NCBI GenBank assembly: GCA_964016885.1
Contig: OZ024741.1
Span: forward strand, 360,034,001-360,098,000
Source of the DNA: Eledone cirrhosa
Taxonomy: Eukaryota
Direction: 5' to 3'
DNA: 64,000 nucleotides
In this document: positions 1 to 12,335 of the stretch, piece by piece
Layout: each line of letters begins with the position of its first letter
Numbering within the stretch: position 1 is the first letter of the stretch
Translations under genes and position numbers: made by a program
Notes under the pieces: model-generated
Told to the model about the DNA's origin: nothing
Databases searched by the model: none
The model's input: only the letters and a program-made list of their open reading frames with translations

Positions 1-45
1 TCCTCCAAATTGCTGGTTTTGTTCCTAAATTAGAAACCATTATAG
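1..45 (-). mobile_element. 3' tail fragment of the abundant tRNA-derived SINE (runs off the window edge)
   Basis: The reverse complement ataatggtttctaatttaggaacaaaaccagcaatttggagga matches the SINE tail at 2167-2210 and 18412-18450. Orientation is opposite to those copies, so the strand call is tentative. Confidence 0.5.
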
Positions 46-1501
46 TAATCATGTTTTTAAGAGTTTTATGAGATTTTCTATTGAGGTGTGGGTAGCATTG
101 TCTTTGGGGAATATAGAATTGTGTTTGTGCACTACATCAGTTTTGTAGTTTTGTTGTTTCGGGTAAGCGGCAGCGGGGGTGGTAGCGATGGACTAAAGAC
201 GGCTGTGAGCTTTAGTACCTGCCTCGATGGTCTACGGTGGTTCAAGATAGAAGGAGCAAAATTCTGTGAAAAGCAGATAACACCAACTGAGATATGGTCG
301 GTGGTAAGTGATTGTGTAATGGTCAAATCGCTTGTTTTTGATTGTATATCTTCTGAACATTATGCGTACATTTTAGTCTTGTTTGCCAATATTTTGGCAG
401 ACGTTTACCACAACTCGTAATGATAATGCTTCTGATGAAGGACGTGAAAAAGAGGAACATTGTTAACAATTTCCAGCCCATAATTCTGCAGATTTCGGCC
501 AAAGAGTTAGGTTCTTTTCATTGGTAGTATGGGCAGTAAACCATAGGCCTATGCGATCCCAAACTAATCTACCAACGGCGCCCTCCATCACATACGATAC
601 ATCGTAGAGTGGGTAGCAAATCTGGCTTCGGTGGTACGATGAGCAATTTTGCTCATCGTTACCTGACAGCTCACCTTCACGCCCTATATTTTATTTAACC
701 TTGAGAGATTTACTAAAATTATTAAATATCTCGTGACAAAGATAGTAACTTATCATAGGGTTCTTATATAAAACTATGTTGGAAGATTTTAATTCAAATA
801 AGAACCATTTAAAATAGGTGGCGTTTCTTTTTTTTTTCACGGAACCAAAGCCGGCGTTGGTTGGGTTACTAGCAAAAGTAATTAATCCAGGCCTGCTTGT
901 AGGGAATATTTTCCTGCTGCCCACTGAATCACATATGGAAATCAAAAATGAATCCAGTTACACGGATTAATCATGAAATCGAACAAAATAGTTCTTCATA
1001 GCCGTGTAGAATTTAAAAACAAAATACAAAACAAAACAAAAAAACAACAGAAAATAACCAAAAGTTTGTATATTTTAAAAAATTTGATGGATTTTAATAT
1101 ACAAATATATATATATATATACCATTTTAAATAGTTTAATAATTATACAAAGAGTTCAGACGATAACGTTATATACAGAACAATATATATATATAGGCTT
1201 CAAGAAAACTACAGTTCAGAAAAGGTGGGTAAAAAATAGAAAATATTTATTTAAGAATAGAGTTATATAGTTTAAAAAGATTATTAACATGATATATATT
1301 ATTTACTATATGTACGATATCTACACTATATTTTAGTCAGTTTGATCTCTTATTGTCACAATGTAATACAGTATTTCCCTATGTGAATGGTTGAGTAACT
1401 ACTTTTAGCTTAAAAGTAAAGCTTTCTTGAATTCAGCTAGTAAAATGTATGTATGTGTGTACGTAAGTTTTCTTTCTCTTAATTTGTATGTATGTATACA
1501 T

Positions 1502-1503
<2 letters not shown>

Positions 1504-1585
<82 letters not shown>

Positions 1586-1623
1586 ACGTACGTATGTACA
1601 TACATTCATACATAAGTACGTAC

Positions 1624-1684
<61 letters not shown>
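1504..1684. repeat. Compound microsatellite (TA)n-(TG)n-(TACA)n
   Basis: Directly visible. The overlapping YI/HT ORFs are artefacts. Confidence 0.95.
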
Positions 1685-1685
<1 letters not shown>

Positions 1686-2166
1686 TGTAAATACACAATT
1701 TTAAGATGAGGTATACCACCTCGGAAATATTATCGTATTAAAAATAATCTATGATGAATATTTATGCATTTAAAGTCTTAAAGTCTATGACGAAGCAGTT
1801 GGACGTTTTGACTGCACTGTGTCCGTAAACTTTATCAGAGACAGAAAATCGACTTGAATAAAAACAATAGGAGTAAAGAGAGTGACAAACGGAATCATTC
1901 AGATTACATATATTTCTCAAACGTGAAAAAAAAAAAAAAATAGAAAAGAAAACACACACATACAAAAACTGTTTGCAAGAATTTGTTGCTACAAGTTTGA
2001 AACTCAAGTGAAATATGCATGCTGGCATATATACAATTTTAAGCATAAATTATAAATAAAGAGAATATGTTCGAAGTACACATTTAATTTGAAGACCAAG
2101 TCAAATAATTCTGTTAAAATCCAATGTCAAGCTGTACAAATGTAAAGAATTTACAAAATATTAAAA

Positions 2167-2365
2167 ATAATAGTTTCTAATTTAGGTACAAGGCCAACAG
2201 TTTTGGGAGGAAGGAATAAGTCGATTAAATCGAACCGAGCAATTGACTGGCACTTTATTTTATCACCCTCTAGAAGAAGGTAAGACAAGGTTGATCTCTG
2301 CGGTATTTGAACTCAGAATATAAAGAGCTGGGAGAAATATCATAAGGCATTTTGACCGGCTAATA
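2167..2365 (-). mobile_element. tRNA-derived SINE, degenerate
   Basis: The minus strand has a B-box-like GAGTTCAAATACC followed by the body gcagagatcaaccttgtc...gataaaataaagtgccag...tcgatttaatcgac...ggccttgtacctaaattagaaac. It is homologous to 18412-18550 and 19896-20080. Confidence 0.75.
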
Positions 2366-2740
2366 ATAAAAATGAGTTAAGACATATACAAATTTCAGCA
2401 ATGATCTTTTGAGAATTTGTTAACTGATACATGTTTCTTAAGTGTGTAGTAAAACAGTGTTTTTGTTGCATTTTAAGGATAATAGTTTCCTTCATCAAGA
2501 ATTCATTAAATTATAGAGCAGAAACGAATAGGAAAAATGTTTAATTTACTACTGGAATCAATTGTCGGGCGAAATAAAGAATTTTACGAAAAAGAAACAT
2601 AAAATCAACCAGAGGAAAAAGAACGCGGAGATACAATAAAACTTATTGTTCACCCGTGATATGTTTTTTCATTCGTTTGAACGTCTCCAATATGTAAGGT
2701 TGAAGAATATGAACAATCTTTGGTTTGGTAGTTAAGGCTA

Positions 2741-2746
2741 TTTATT
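2741..2746 (-). terminator. Candidate polyadenylation signal AATAAA of the 1375-aa gene
   Basis: First AATAAA on the minus strand, about 265 nt downstream of the stop codon at 3010. Confidence 0.5.
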
Positions 2747-3009
2747 CATTAAAAAAATTTTTTTTTTAAACATGTTTCGTCATTTCCAGATTTCACCTAC
2801 GTTCAAACTTCATGTGATGCTGTTTTTCAGGTTAGAGATACAGCCTCAGGTTATACAATTGAAGTTAAGTGCATATGGACTGGAAAATGTCCTCATGTTC
2901 TAAACATTATCTTTTGATGAAAACATTATGGGGTCCTTACCGCATTTACAGATAAATCCAGACTGTACAATGATGGAATCTTTCTGAGAATATCAGTTCA
3001 TACTTCAGA

Positions 3010-6000
3010 TTAATTTCTGTTCACACATTTACATTCCCCGAAGATGAATTTACCGTTATTTTCACAAGTGATTTTCTTCCAATCAGTTTCTGAGATCCGT
3101 TGTTCATAACAATGTATATTTTTATTTCGTTTTCGAATATGATTTCCGTACTTGCACATCATGTGATACATTTGTGGGTACACTGTGTTTTGTATGTGGT
3201 ATTCTGATTTACTTTCAGGTTCTGTTTCCGGTTCAACTTCCTGTTTAGGTATTGTTGTCACTTTGAAAACACAACAGCATAACGCACTGCTGAATGTACC
3301 TCCAGTTGGACAAGTCTTTTTCTCCCACTCAGTGTTGGAAATCCATTGGTAATAACGACGTGCGTCTGTATCGGTTTTCCGAAGATCTCCATTCTGGTAA
3401 CGACACATTATTTGGTCATTCCATTCAGGTTTTGTTTTAATTGTAGGTTTACAACAACATGTGTCTGGCTTGAACTCACTTCCAATTTCACAAGATTTTC
3501 TCTCCCATTTACGAAAGATTGTAATCTGTTTATACAGCTGTTTATTCGCTACGGATTTTCTTATTAATCCAGAAGACACATGTAGACAAATGATTCCGAA
3601 CACTTCCGGCTCTACTTCCGGTTCTACTTCCGGTTCTACTTCCGGTTCTACTTCCGGTTCATATTCCGGTTTAACTTCAGGCTCCACTTTTGGTTTAACT
3701 TCAGGCTCTCCTTCCGGTTTAACTTCAGGCTCTCCTTCAGGTTTTACATTCAAAATACAACAACAATTTTGGTAACAGAAGATATATCCAGTTTGACAAG
3801 CTGTCTTCTCCCAAGTACGAAACTGCGTCCATTGGTGATAATAATGTTTGTTGGTATCAGTTTTTCGTAGTTTTCTTGACATTGGATGTCGGCAAGTCTT
3901 TTCAGAAATTTCTGGTTTTCCTTCTGGTTCTCCTTCTGGTTTCACTTTCGGCTCCACTTCTGATTCGGGAGTTGTATTACCAGCAGGATCACAACAACAC
4001 ATTTTAAAGTTGAATTTACTGTTTGTTTGACAAGATTTCTTCTCCCATTTAAATAAACGAGTCATTTGGTAATAAGATGGTGAGTTCTCTATGGCTTTCC
4101 TTATAAATCCAGTAGAATTATGTACACACATTTCAGGTTCTATTTCTGGTTCTCCTTCTGGTTCTCCTTCTGGTTCTCCTTCTGGTTCTCCTTCCGGTTC
4201 TCCTTCCGGTTTAACTTCAGGCTCTCCTTCAGGTTTTACATTCAAAATACAACAACAATTTTGGTAACAGAAGATATATCCAGTTTGACAAGCTGTCTTC
4301 TCCCAAGTACGAAACTGCGTCTTTTGCTGATAATAATGTTTGTTGGTATCAGTTTTTCGTAGTTTTCCAGACGCTTGATGTCGGCAAATCTTTTCAGAAA
4401 TTTCAGGTACAACTTCTGGTTCTCCTTCTGGTTTCACTTCCGGTTCAGCTTCAGTCTCTCCTTCCGGTTCAACTTCAGCCCCTCCTTTCGGTTCAACTTC
4501 AGCCCCTCCTTTCGGTTCAACTTCAGACTCTCCTTCAGGTTTAACTTCTGATTCGGGAGTTGTATTACCAGCAGGATCACAACGACACATTTTAAAGTTG
4601 AATTTACTGTTTGTTTGACAAGATTTCTTCTCCCATTTAAATGAACGAGTCATTTGGTAATAAGATGGTGAGTTCTCTATGGCTTTCCTTATAAATCCAG
4701 TAGAATTATGTACACACATTTCAGGTTCTATTTCTGGTTCTCCTTCTGGTTCTCCTTCTGGTTCTCCTTCTGGTTCTCCTTCTGGTTCTCCTTCCGGTTC
4801 TCCTTCTGGTTCTCCTTCTGGTTTAACTTCAGGTTCTCCTTCTGGTTTCACTTCCGGTTCAGCTTCAGCCTCTCCTTCCGGTTCAACTTCAGCCCCTCCT
4901 TTCGGTTCAACTTCAGCCCCTCCTTCCGGGTCAATTTCAGACTCTCCTTTCGGTTCTCCTTCCGGTTCTCCTTCCGGTTCTCCTTCCGGTTCTCCTTCCG
5001 GTTTAACTTCAGGCTCTCCTTCAGGTTTTACATTCAAAATACAGCAACAATTTTGGTAACAGAAGATATATCCAGTTTGACAAGCTGTCTTCTCCCAAGT
5101 ACGAAACTGCGTCTTTTGCTGATAATAATGTTTGTTGGTATCAGTTTTTCGTAGTTTTCCAGACGCTTGATGTCGGCAAATCTTTTCAGAAATTTCAGGT
5201 ACAACTTCTGGTTTAACTTCTGGTTTCACTTCCGGTTCAGCTTCAGTCTCTCCTTCCGGTTCAACTTCAGCCCCTCCTTTCGGTTCAACTTCAGCCCCTC
5301 CTTCCGAGACAATTTCAGACTCTCCTTCAGGTTTAACTTCAGGCTCTACTTCAGGTTTTACATTCAAAATACAGCAACAATTTTGGTAACAGAAGATATA
5401 TCCAGTTTGACAAGCTGTCTTCTCCCAAGTACGAAACTGCGTCCATTGTTGATAATAATGTTTGTTGGTATCAATTTTTCGTAGTTTTCCTGACATTGTA
5501 TGTCGGCAAGTCTTTTCAGAAATTTCAGGTTCAACTTCTGGTTTAACTTCTGGTTTCACTTCCGGTTCAGCTTCAGCCTCTCCTTCCGGTTCAACTTCAG
5601 CCCCTCCTTTCGGTTCAACTTCAGCCCCTCCTTCCGGGTCAATTTCAGACTCTCCTTTCGGTTCTCCTTCCGGTTCTCCTTCCGGTTCTCCTTCCGGTTT
5701 AACTTCAGGCTCTCCTTCAGGTTTTACATTCAAAATACAGCAACAATTTTGGTAACAGAAGATATATCCAGTTTGACAAGCTGTCTTCTCCCAAGTACGA
5801 AACTGCGTCTTTTGCTGATAATAATGTTTGTTGGTATCAGTTTTTCGTAGTTTTCCAGACGCTTGATGTCGGCAAATCTTTTCAGAAATTTCAGGTACAA
5901 CTTCTGGTTTCACTTCCGGTTCAGCTTCAGCCTCTCCTTCCGGTTCAGCTTCAGCCTCTCCTTCCGGTTCAACTTCAGCCTCTCCTTTCGGTTCAACTTC

Positions 6001-7137
6001 AGCCCCTCCTTTCGGTTCAACTTCAGACTCTCCTTCAGGTTTAACTTCTGATTCGGGAGTTGTATTACCAGCAGGATCACAACGACACATTTCAATTTTG
6101 AATTTACTGTTTGTTTGACAAGATTTCTTCTCCCATTTAAATGAACGAGACATTTGGTAATAAGACGGTGAGTTCTCTATGGCTTTCCTTATAAATCCAG
6201 TAGAATTATGTACACACATTTCAGGTTCTATTTCTGGTTCTCCTTCCGGTTCTCTTTCCGGTTCTCCTTCCGGTTCTCCTTCCGATTCTCCTTCCGGTTC
6301 TCCTTCCGGTTCGACCTCAGTTTCCGCCCCAGGATTTGGTTTCACATAATAGATACAATCACAGATAACATTATTAAATTTACCTTCAGCTTGGCAAGCT
6401 TTCTTCTCCCATATATTCTCCCATATATTCCTTTGGTGATAATATTGTGGGTTTGAGTCGCTCTTACGAAGTAATCCAGACTTTGTATGTTGGCAGGTTT
6501 TGTAAGAATTTTCAGGTTCAGGCGTTGTATCAATTGACGGCTTATTACTGAAAACACAATAACATTTAGTTAGATTAAAGGTAGTACCTTTAAAGCAGTT
6601 GATTCTTTTCCATGTATTTCTATTTATTAATTGCGAATAATAATTTTCGTCAGGATCCTGTTTACGTGTTCTGGTAATCACGTCTGTATATTGACATGTC
6701 CTTTTGGAAATTTCATGACCATTTTCCACGCACCCACAAGATGTTATACTGAAAAATGATCCACTTTTGCATGTATGCATTTTCAACTTTCGAGTTTTTA
6801 CACGTTCTTGATAATAGATCTGTTTAGGATCAACCCTTCTTGTGTGAAGAATTGAACCTCGAAACACGCAGTTATTTAGTGAATTTTTTCGAGTATGTTG
6901 CATTAATAGTGGTGAAATGCACTGACAGTAATGTTCACTGAATATTGTCTTCCATCTGCAACTACGTCGGATCCAAATATAGTTCCAAATCGGTTCATAG
7001 AAGAAGGAATTACTTTTTCCTGGCATTAGAGTACAATTAAAATGCGAAACTTTGTTTCCATTTTGTAACTGCTTGCACTCGATCTCTTGAAGTAGGAAAA
7101 TAACTGCAACAGTTAATAAATATACTATGAATTTCAT
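3010..7137 (-). CDS. Secreted 1375-aa protein with 15 Cys-rich modules (chitin-binding type-2/peritrophin-like) and acidic EPEG/EVKP linkers; single coding exon
   Basis: Uninterrupted 4.1-kb ORF with a signal peptide ([21 protein letters not shown]). The repeated motif is C-x~15-18-YY-x-Q-x6-8-W-x4-C-x2-G-x2-F-x4-C-x-C. Internal DNA duplications all keep frame, and a TATA box and AATAAA lie at sensible positions. The family assignment is inferred from the C-x2-G-x2-F-x4-C half motif. Confidence 0.9.
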   Translation of the reverse strand: MKFIVYLLTVAVIFLLQEIECKQLQNGNKVSHFNCTLMPGKSNSFFYEPIWNYIWIRRSCRWKTIFSEHYCQCISPLLMQHTRKNSLNNCVFRGSILHTRRVDPKQIYYQERVKTRKLKMHTCKSGSFFSITSCGCVENGHEISKRTCQYTDVITRTRKQDPDENYYSQLINRNTWKRINCFKGTTFNLTKCYCVFSNKPSIDTTPEPENSYKTCQHTKSGLLRKSDSNPQYYHQRNIWENIWEKKACQAEGKFNNVICDCIYYVKPNPGAETEVEPEGEPEGESEGEPEGEPEREPEGEPEIEPEMCVHNSTGFIRKAIENSPSYYQMSRSFKWEKKSCQTNSKFKIEMCRCDPAGNTTPESEVKPEGESEVEPKGGAEVEPKGEAEVEPEGEAEAEPEGEAEAEPEVKPEVVPEISEKICRHQASGKLRKTDTNKHYYQQKTQFRTWEKTACQTGYIFCYQNCCCILNVKPEGEPEVKPEGEPEGEPEGEPKGESEIDPEGGAEVEPKGGAEVEPEGEAEAEPEVKPEVKPEVEPEISEKTCRHTMSGKLRKIDTNKHYYQQWTQFRTWEKTACQTGYIFCYQNCCCILNVKPEVEPEVKPEGESEIVSEGGAEVEPKGGAEVEPEGETEAEPEVKPEVKPEVVPEISEKICRHQASGKLRKTDTNKHYYQQKTQFRTWEKTACQTGYIFCYQNCCCILNVKPEGEPEVKPEGEPEGEPEGEPEGEPKGESEIDPEGGAEVEPKGGAEVEPEGEAEAEPEVKPEGEPEVKPEGEPEGEPEGEPEGEPEGEPEGEPEGEPEIEPEMCVHNSTGFIRKAIENSPSYYQMTRSFKWEKKSCQTNSKFNFKMCRCDPAGNTTPESEVKPEGESEVEPKGGAEVEPKGGAEVEPEGETEAEPEVKPEGEPEVVPEISEKICRHQASGKLRKTDTNKHYYQQKTQFRTWEKTACQTGYIFCYQNCCCILNVKPEGEPEVKPEGEPEGEPEGEPEGEPEGEPEIEPEMCVHNSTGFIRKAIENSPSYYQMTRLFKWEKKSCQTNSKFNFKMCCCDPAGNTTPESEVEPKVKPEGEPEGKPEISEKTCRHPMSRKLRKTDTNKHYYHQWTQFRTWEKTACQTGYIFCYQNCCCILNVKPEGEPEVKPEGEPEVKPKVEPEVKPEYEPEVEPEVEPEVEPEVEPEVFGIICLHVSSGLIRKSVANKQLYKQITIFRKWERKSCEIGSEFKPDTCCCKPTIKTKPEWNDQIMCRYQNGDLRKTDTDARRYYQWISNTEWEKKTCPTGGTFSSALCCCVFKVTTIPKQEVEPETEPESKSEYHIQNTVYPQMYHMMCKYGNHIRKRNKNIHCYEQRISETDWKKITCENNGKFIFGECKCVNRN

Positions 7138-7230
7138 GTTCGATTCGTTGTTTTACTATGCAGTTTGAGGAACAAGAGCAGTCGTCAACTTGGTAAGCAG
7201 TCCGATTATGAGGCGGAGCGAATGACAATT

Positions 7231-7240
7231 TTATATATAA
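7231..7240 (-). promoter_or_regulatory. Candidate TATA box of the 1375-aa gene
   Basis: TTATATATAA about 95 nt upstream of the ATG, in otherwise non-repetitive sequence. Confidence 0.55.
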
Positions 7241-7783
7241 GACCCGATTTCACACTACAACAAAAGAGGAAAAAAAGAATGAGGTGAAATAAAGATGTTT
7301 TTTAATTATTCATTGAGTGTGTGTGTGTGAGAAACAGGAAGCCCATTCAGGCCATTCCCCTTGAGCTCATGAATATATAATAGGCTTAACTTTTTTGTTA
7401 AGAATCCTATAGAAACGTCACAATGGGCATATAATACTGAATAGAAACGTGTTTCCTTGCCGTTACTTCATATAAAAAGTACCTTGTAACAATAAAACAT
7501 TTTCATGGGAGTAAATATGGTTGCTACATGAAGAAATGAAGTGGGTGGAGAAAAGAAATAGTTCCAAATATAATATTGTTTTATTGATAATACATGGATC
7601 ATGTATTTCTATTACTTTTTTTACTTGTGATCACAGAATATGGAACGAATATATTTTAAAATTCAAAATAAAAGTAAAATCTGAAATATTTAAAGCGTTC
7701 CGAGTACAATTTTCTCATACATGCGAATCCACACACACAAACTCATACATACATATTTCCAAACAAACACTCACACAAACTCA

Positions 7784-7791
7784 TACACACA

Positions 7792-7880
<89 letters not shown>

Positions 7881-7954
7881 CGCTAATACACACTCACATA
7901 CACAGATCGCTACTTTCAAACTATCATTACACATACACACACTTTCACATATTT

Positions 7955-8008
<54 letters not shown>
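7784..8008. repeat. (CA)n microsatellites
   Basis: Directly visible. Confidence 0.95.
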
Positions 8009-8011
<3 letters not shown>

Positions 8012-8174
8012 TAAACACATATACAAACAATGTCTAATTAAAATACCTATACACACTTTGTTACATACACAGTCAAAGAGAAAATAAATATATAACGTAG
8101 TCTTTTTCAACACGTTCGATCAACTTAAAAATCGATGTTTCTACCCTATATGATGAAATTCTCACAATTTGGTG

Positions 8175-8555
8175 GTGGTAGTGACGCAGCTTTAACAGAT
8201 ACTGGTAGCCTGTAACCCAGTTCAACCTATCGCATGGTCGGGTCGTCGGCGACTAAACCGGCAACCCCACCAGACAAAAAAAAAAAAAATCCTGCCAAAT
8301 CAATGGGTGGCAGTAGTTCCAGCTGCACTCATCGAAAGACTGGTGTAGTGGTTCCGAGAACAATCAATGCGGCTTTGCAGATGATCAATGCACATTGACA
8401 ATGGAAAGGCGCTCCCGCTCGACTTAGAAGAGAACCATTGACTTCCAGGAGAAGCAGCAGCCCCTGATTGTATTCAGCAACCGAAACAAATATGAAGTAC
8501 ACCAAATCCAATGCTCCTAGAGGCAGGCCTGGTTCTTCTTATTTGCGAGTGTAAG
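8175..8555 (+). mobile_element. Probable RTE-type LINE 5' UTR fragment
   Basis: GC-richer island containing gtcggcgactaaaccggcaacccca, which resembles RTE 5' UTRs from memory. No ORF support. Confidence 0.4.
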
Positions 8556-8953
8556 CCAGATTAGATTAGATTTAACAGCCATAAATTAAACCCTTTTATG
8601 GCCTGTTTCTAATTAAATATATCGTGCTTCTAATTAATTAAAGAATAATATTTACTTACTAAAATTATTATTATTTTAATATTGAGATAGTATTTGTAAG
8701 AATATTCTTTTCAACAATAGCTGTACGACCCAGCTTCATACACAATGCATTTAATCGCATCCTTCTTCTATTTCTCACGACATAACTACTCCAAACATTA
8801 ATCCTATTCAAACTTGGCTCTAGACTTAAAGTTATCTCCACCAAATCCAGCATAGAGAGCTTCTAAATAGTCGCAAGACCTGCAAATATTAGAACCCACA
8901 TTTCTAAAAAAATCGCCCCTTGCTATCATAAAAAAAGGAGAGAGACCTTAGAT

Positions 8954-9295
8954 CAGAGTTTCTCAAACTTTTCAGGCCACCGCCCCCTCACGGCCACGTA
9001 ATACCATCAGCGCCCCACCCTATTTCCAGAGAGACCTATCTACATGCAAACTGTAAATAATATACAATGAATAAAATCGTTAATTGATATATAATAAATA
9101 ATATGATATATACTATGTATCAATAAATATTATATATATATTTTTTACTATATTTATATATATGTATCATTTGATATTTAATATACTATTATATCATCTC
9201 TACCCCCCCCCCCACACACACTGGCCCATTAGGCTCCAGTGGTCCCTTGGACCTCCCCCCGGGGTGGGGGGTCGCACCCACTTTGAGAACCTTTG
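8954..9295. mobile_element. hAT (Charlie-like) MITE
   Basis: TIRs CAGAGTTTCTCAAA / TTTGAGAACCTTTG, flanked by a perfect 8-bp TSD CCTTAGAT (8946-8953 and 9296-9303). Confidence 0.9.
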
Positions 9296-9491
9296 CCTTA
9301 GATAATGAAGTACTAAAGATACGGTGTCTGAATAGACAGAGTTGTCACAGTTGAAATGCGTTTGACCATTGATCTGCCCAATTGGGACTTATTTAGAGCT
9401 TAAGAAAACCCACTAACAACATTTTCTACAGTAAACTACAAAGAACATACATACATATACGTTTACACGTACACACACATATATACATACA

Positions 9492-10070
9492 TACATACAT
9501 ACATATACATAATGTGAAAGAGTACTGGTGGAATGTTCCAGTAAAAACCCCAATAAAATGCAGGCATAACAGACCAGATATAATGATATGGGACAGCGAA
9601 AAGAATGCATCCACAGTAGTGGAATTTAACTGTCCAGCAGATGCCAATATAATATCAAAGATTAGCGAAAAGGAGAATATCTATGCAGAACTGATGAGAA
9701 ATCTGCAGATACTCTACCCTGATTATACCTTCAGATTTATACCTGTAATTATTGGGGCACTGGGATATGTTAGTAACTGTCTCAATACAAATCTTGAGTA
9801 GCTGGGCTTTACAGAAACAGAAAGAACACAACTAGTTAGGAAATTACAAGTACAATCCATTAATGGAACAGTAAAAATATGTAAAACATTCCAAAAATGT
9901 TGCATCTAATAACTGCATATGCACATGCACACATACAATTCAAAACATCCACATCCACACATACAATGGTGTTGCGGGTGGTTATCCTTTCATGTGACTT
10001 CAGGTGACTAAGATAACCAGCCTTTGAGGGGAGTACACGCTGACAGAAATTGCATGTCCAACTACTGATG
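9492..10070 (+). mobile_element. 3' end of an RLE-type non-LTR retrotransposon (R4/Dong-like), pseudogenised
   Basis: RPDIMIWD...VVEFNCPAD...EKENIYAEL...FIPVIIGALG is the PD-(D/E)xK restriction-like endonuclease. It has an internal stop, is followed by a 3' UTR, and starts in a (TACA)n tract. Confidence 0.85.
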
Positions 10071-10079
10071 ACTTCATCA

Positions 10080-10310
10080 AGACTGTGAGCACAGCCCTTC
10101 CCCAGAAGACGCTTCAGTTGTTTATGTTCTAGACAACATTCCTCAAAAGTTTTGCAACTGTTATTTATGGGCTTTCTCCACCCAGCCCTTTCTCCTCTCA
10201 GTTGTCTATATCAAATTCCACCTCTTTGAGGTTGTTCTTGATGCTGTCCTTGAACCTCATTTTCGGTTTGCGTTGAGGCCTTTTTCTAAGATGGAGCTCA
10301 CCGTAAAACA
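10080..10310 (-). mobile_element. RTE LINE fragment (C-terminal region)
   Basis: The minus strand reads FYGELHLRKRPQRKPK..FKDSIKNNLKE, the typical RTE post-RT motif, with a frameshift. Confidence 0.7.
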
Positions 10311-10389
10311 TACATACATACATAATACATATATGCATTCATTCATACATACATACATACATACATACATACATACATACATACATACA

Positions 10390-10600
10390 TGGTGGCTGCC
10401 AACTCGTTTTCGAGTACGGCCACTACTTTATATCCATGTAGGAGAACCCCTACCGATGCGCTGAACAAGTGTGACTTTTTAGTCCAGCCAGCGACTTGAA
10501 AACTCCGGTACAAACACTACATTTGTGACAATTATTGACACATAGTGCTGGGCCCATGGTACTATGTGACGACAAGTGCAGAGAGATCTCCAGATATAAA
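10390..10600 (-). mobile_element. RTE-like LINE terminal C2H2 finger plus 3' UTR
   Basis: CSVCTGVFKSLAGLKSHTCSAH followed by a short UTR ending in (ATGT)n. Confidence 0.6.
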
Positions 10601-10627
10601 GCAATGACTACATACATACATACATAT

Positions 10628-10998
10628 CTGACAAGGACTGCTATAGATACCATAGATGGGACGAAGAAAAATCTTGACCTGTTTACAACATTCTCAAAGG
10701 ATATAGGAATGGAGTATGGCCAAGATAAATGATCATATATGATTGTAAAGCAGGGAAAAACAACAACCCAATCTAGCAACATTTTCATCAATTGCCTAAC
10801 TGTTTCACCGATATCTGATGAGGACTGCTACAGATACCTGGGGATAGATGAGAATATATCCTAACATAGTATTTGTAATAAGGAGCGCGTAACCAGGGAA
10901 TATTACACCCGATTAAGAAATATATGGTCATCGGAACTCTCTGCGCACAATAAAACAGTGGTTCACAATGTTTTTGCTGTGGCTGTCCTAAGACCAAC
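10628..10998 (+). mobile_element. R4/Dong-like RT C-terminal fragment
   Basis: LDLFTTFSKDIGMEYGQDK..., YRYLGIDENI..., RVTREYYTRLRNIWSSELSAHNK, with stops and frameshifts. Confidence 0.75.
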
Positions 10999-11799
10999 TA
11001 ATTAAAGAAAATTGCGTAATATTCGATAAGTTTTTTTTACTTGAAAATGCTATAAACAGACTATGAATAAGGTTAGCTGAAAAAAGGTGCAGTAACAAGA
11101 CAAATTTGTTGCACCTTATTCATTTAGCATTCAGCTAGTATTCACGAGGTACAGCATGCGATGTGTTGGCCAAGGCTAGCCGGAACTAGATATAGCAGGA
11201 ATACTGCAATACACAACAATATTAATAAAGATGTCGACAAAATATTTTACACACCCAAAATCCCATTGCCTTTCTGTGGTTTTAAATTTCCATTATTAAT
11301 ATTTAAAAAAAAAATGTACCTTTTTTTTTAAATTTCATATTTTAACTGAATTAAAAATATTAGCAGGGATCCTTTGTTTTATTCTGTTTTAAAAGAAACT
11401 GTGAGGTATTTCAATGAGGATGGGGTGGTGGTGGTGGTGCTGAAAGAGTCAATCGTCACCAATCTATAATATTCTGAATACTCGAATAATTTATTCCGGA
11501 CTTCCACAGTTATCTCCCTCACATCGATCTATTGTGGGTTTACTCCCCCCAGGGGAAATGACTGTTTTCTACACATGCGTATTCAACAACTTCATTTAGA
11601 CCGAGTTAGGATCCGAATAAGGTGAAACATTTGTTCTCGATATGGTGAACTAACTGTTGTGGAACTACTTCTGTATGTATATATATATATAAATGAGGTA
11701 AATATCTCACTGGGTACAAAGTACCCATAGAGATATATAGGGTGTCCATAATATAATTGTTGTTCTATGGTACTAATTCGAGATACCAGAACTATAAAA

Positions 11800-12257
11800 A
11801 TTGATGAGCAGAACAAACAAACATTAAACAATCCTTTAAATGAATTAAAAAATGATTTAAATATCTACCTGTTCATAATGATATTACCGGCGGCTTCCAT
11901 TTACAAAAGATTAGAAATTCAGAGAATTTCCAACGGAAAGTAAATTTCATCAGATAGCTATTTCCATTCTATAGGACGTAAGTCCCACGGTCTGCAAATA
12001 TAATGCCAACTACCAGCTCGTATGAGTTATGGCCGTTAAAGTGACCCACACGTGAACCGGCCGCTAGTGGAAGTGGGACTTAAGTCCTATAGAATGGAAA
12101 TAGCTATCTGATGAAATTTACTTTCCGTTGGAAATTCTCTGAATTTCTAATCTTTTGTAAATGGAAACCGCCGGTAATAGCATTATGAACAGGTAGATAT
12201 TTAAATCATTTTTTAATTCATTTAAAGGATTGTTTAATGTTTGTTTGTTCTGCTCAT

Positions 12258-12261
<4 letters not shown>
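11800..12261. repeat. Inverted repeat with ~189-bp arms (11800-11988 / 12073-12261), probably an inverted Penelope pLTR
   Basis: Near-perfect reverse-complement arms that end in (TA)n. Each arm carries the 3' half of a hammerhead (GAAA-TAGCTA-TC). Confidence 0.85.

Positions 12262-12332
<71 letters not shown>

Positions 12333-12335
<3 letters not shown>

Noticed and set aside
323-481. 52-aa minus-strand ORF with a hydrophobic N-terminus (MGWKLLTMFLFFTSF...) and a KR site
   Set aside because: Too short and unsupported. It lies in what looks like decayed repeat sequence.
1700-1850. Hammerhead-like fragments (GATGAG...GGAAATATTATC and ATGACGA...GTAAAC), also 23265-23330
   Set aside because: The cores are incomplete or mutated, and I cannot support them as ribozymes.
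3346-6557. Plus-strand SGSP and FRFS ORFs
   Set aside because: They are antisense shadows of the EPEG repeats of the real gene.
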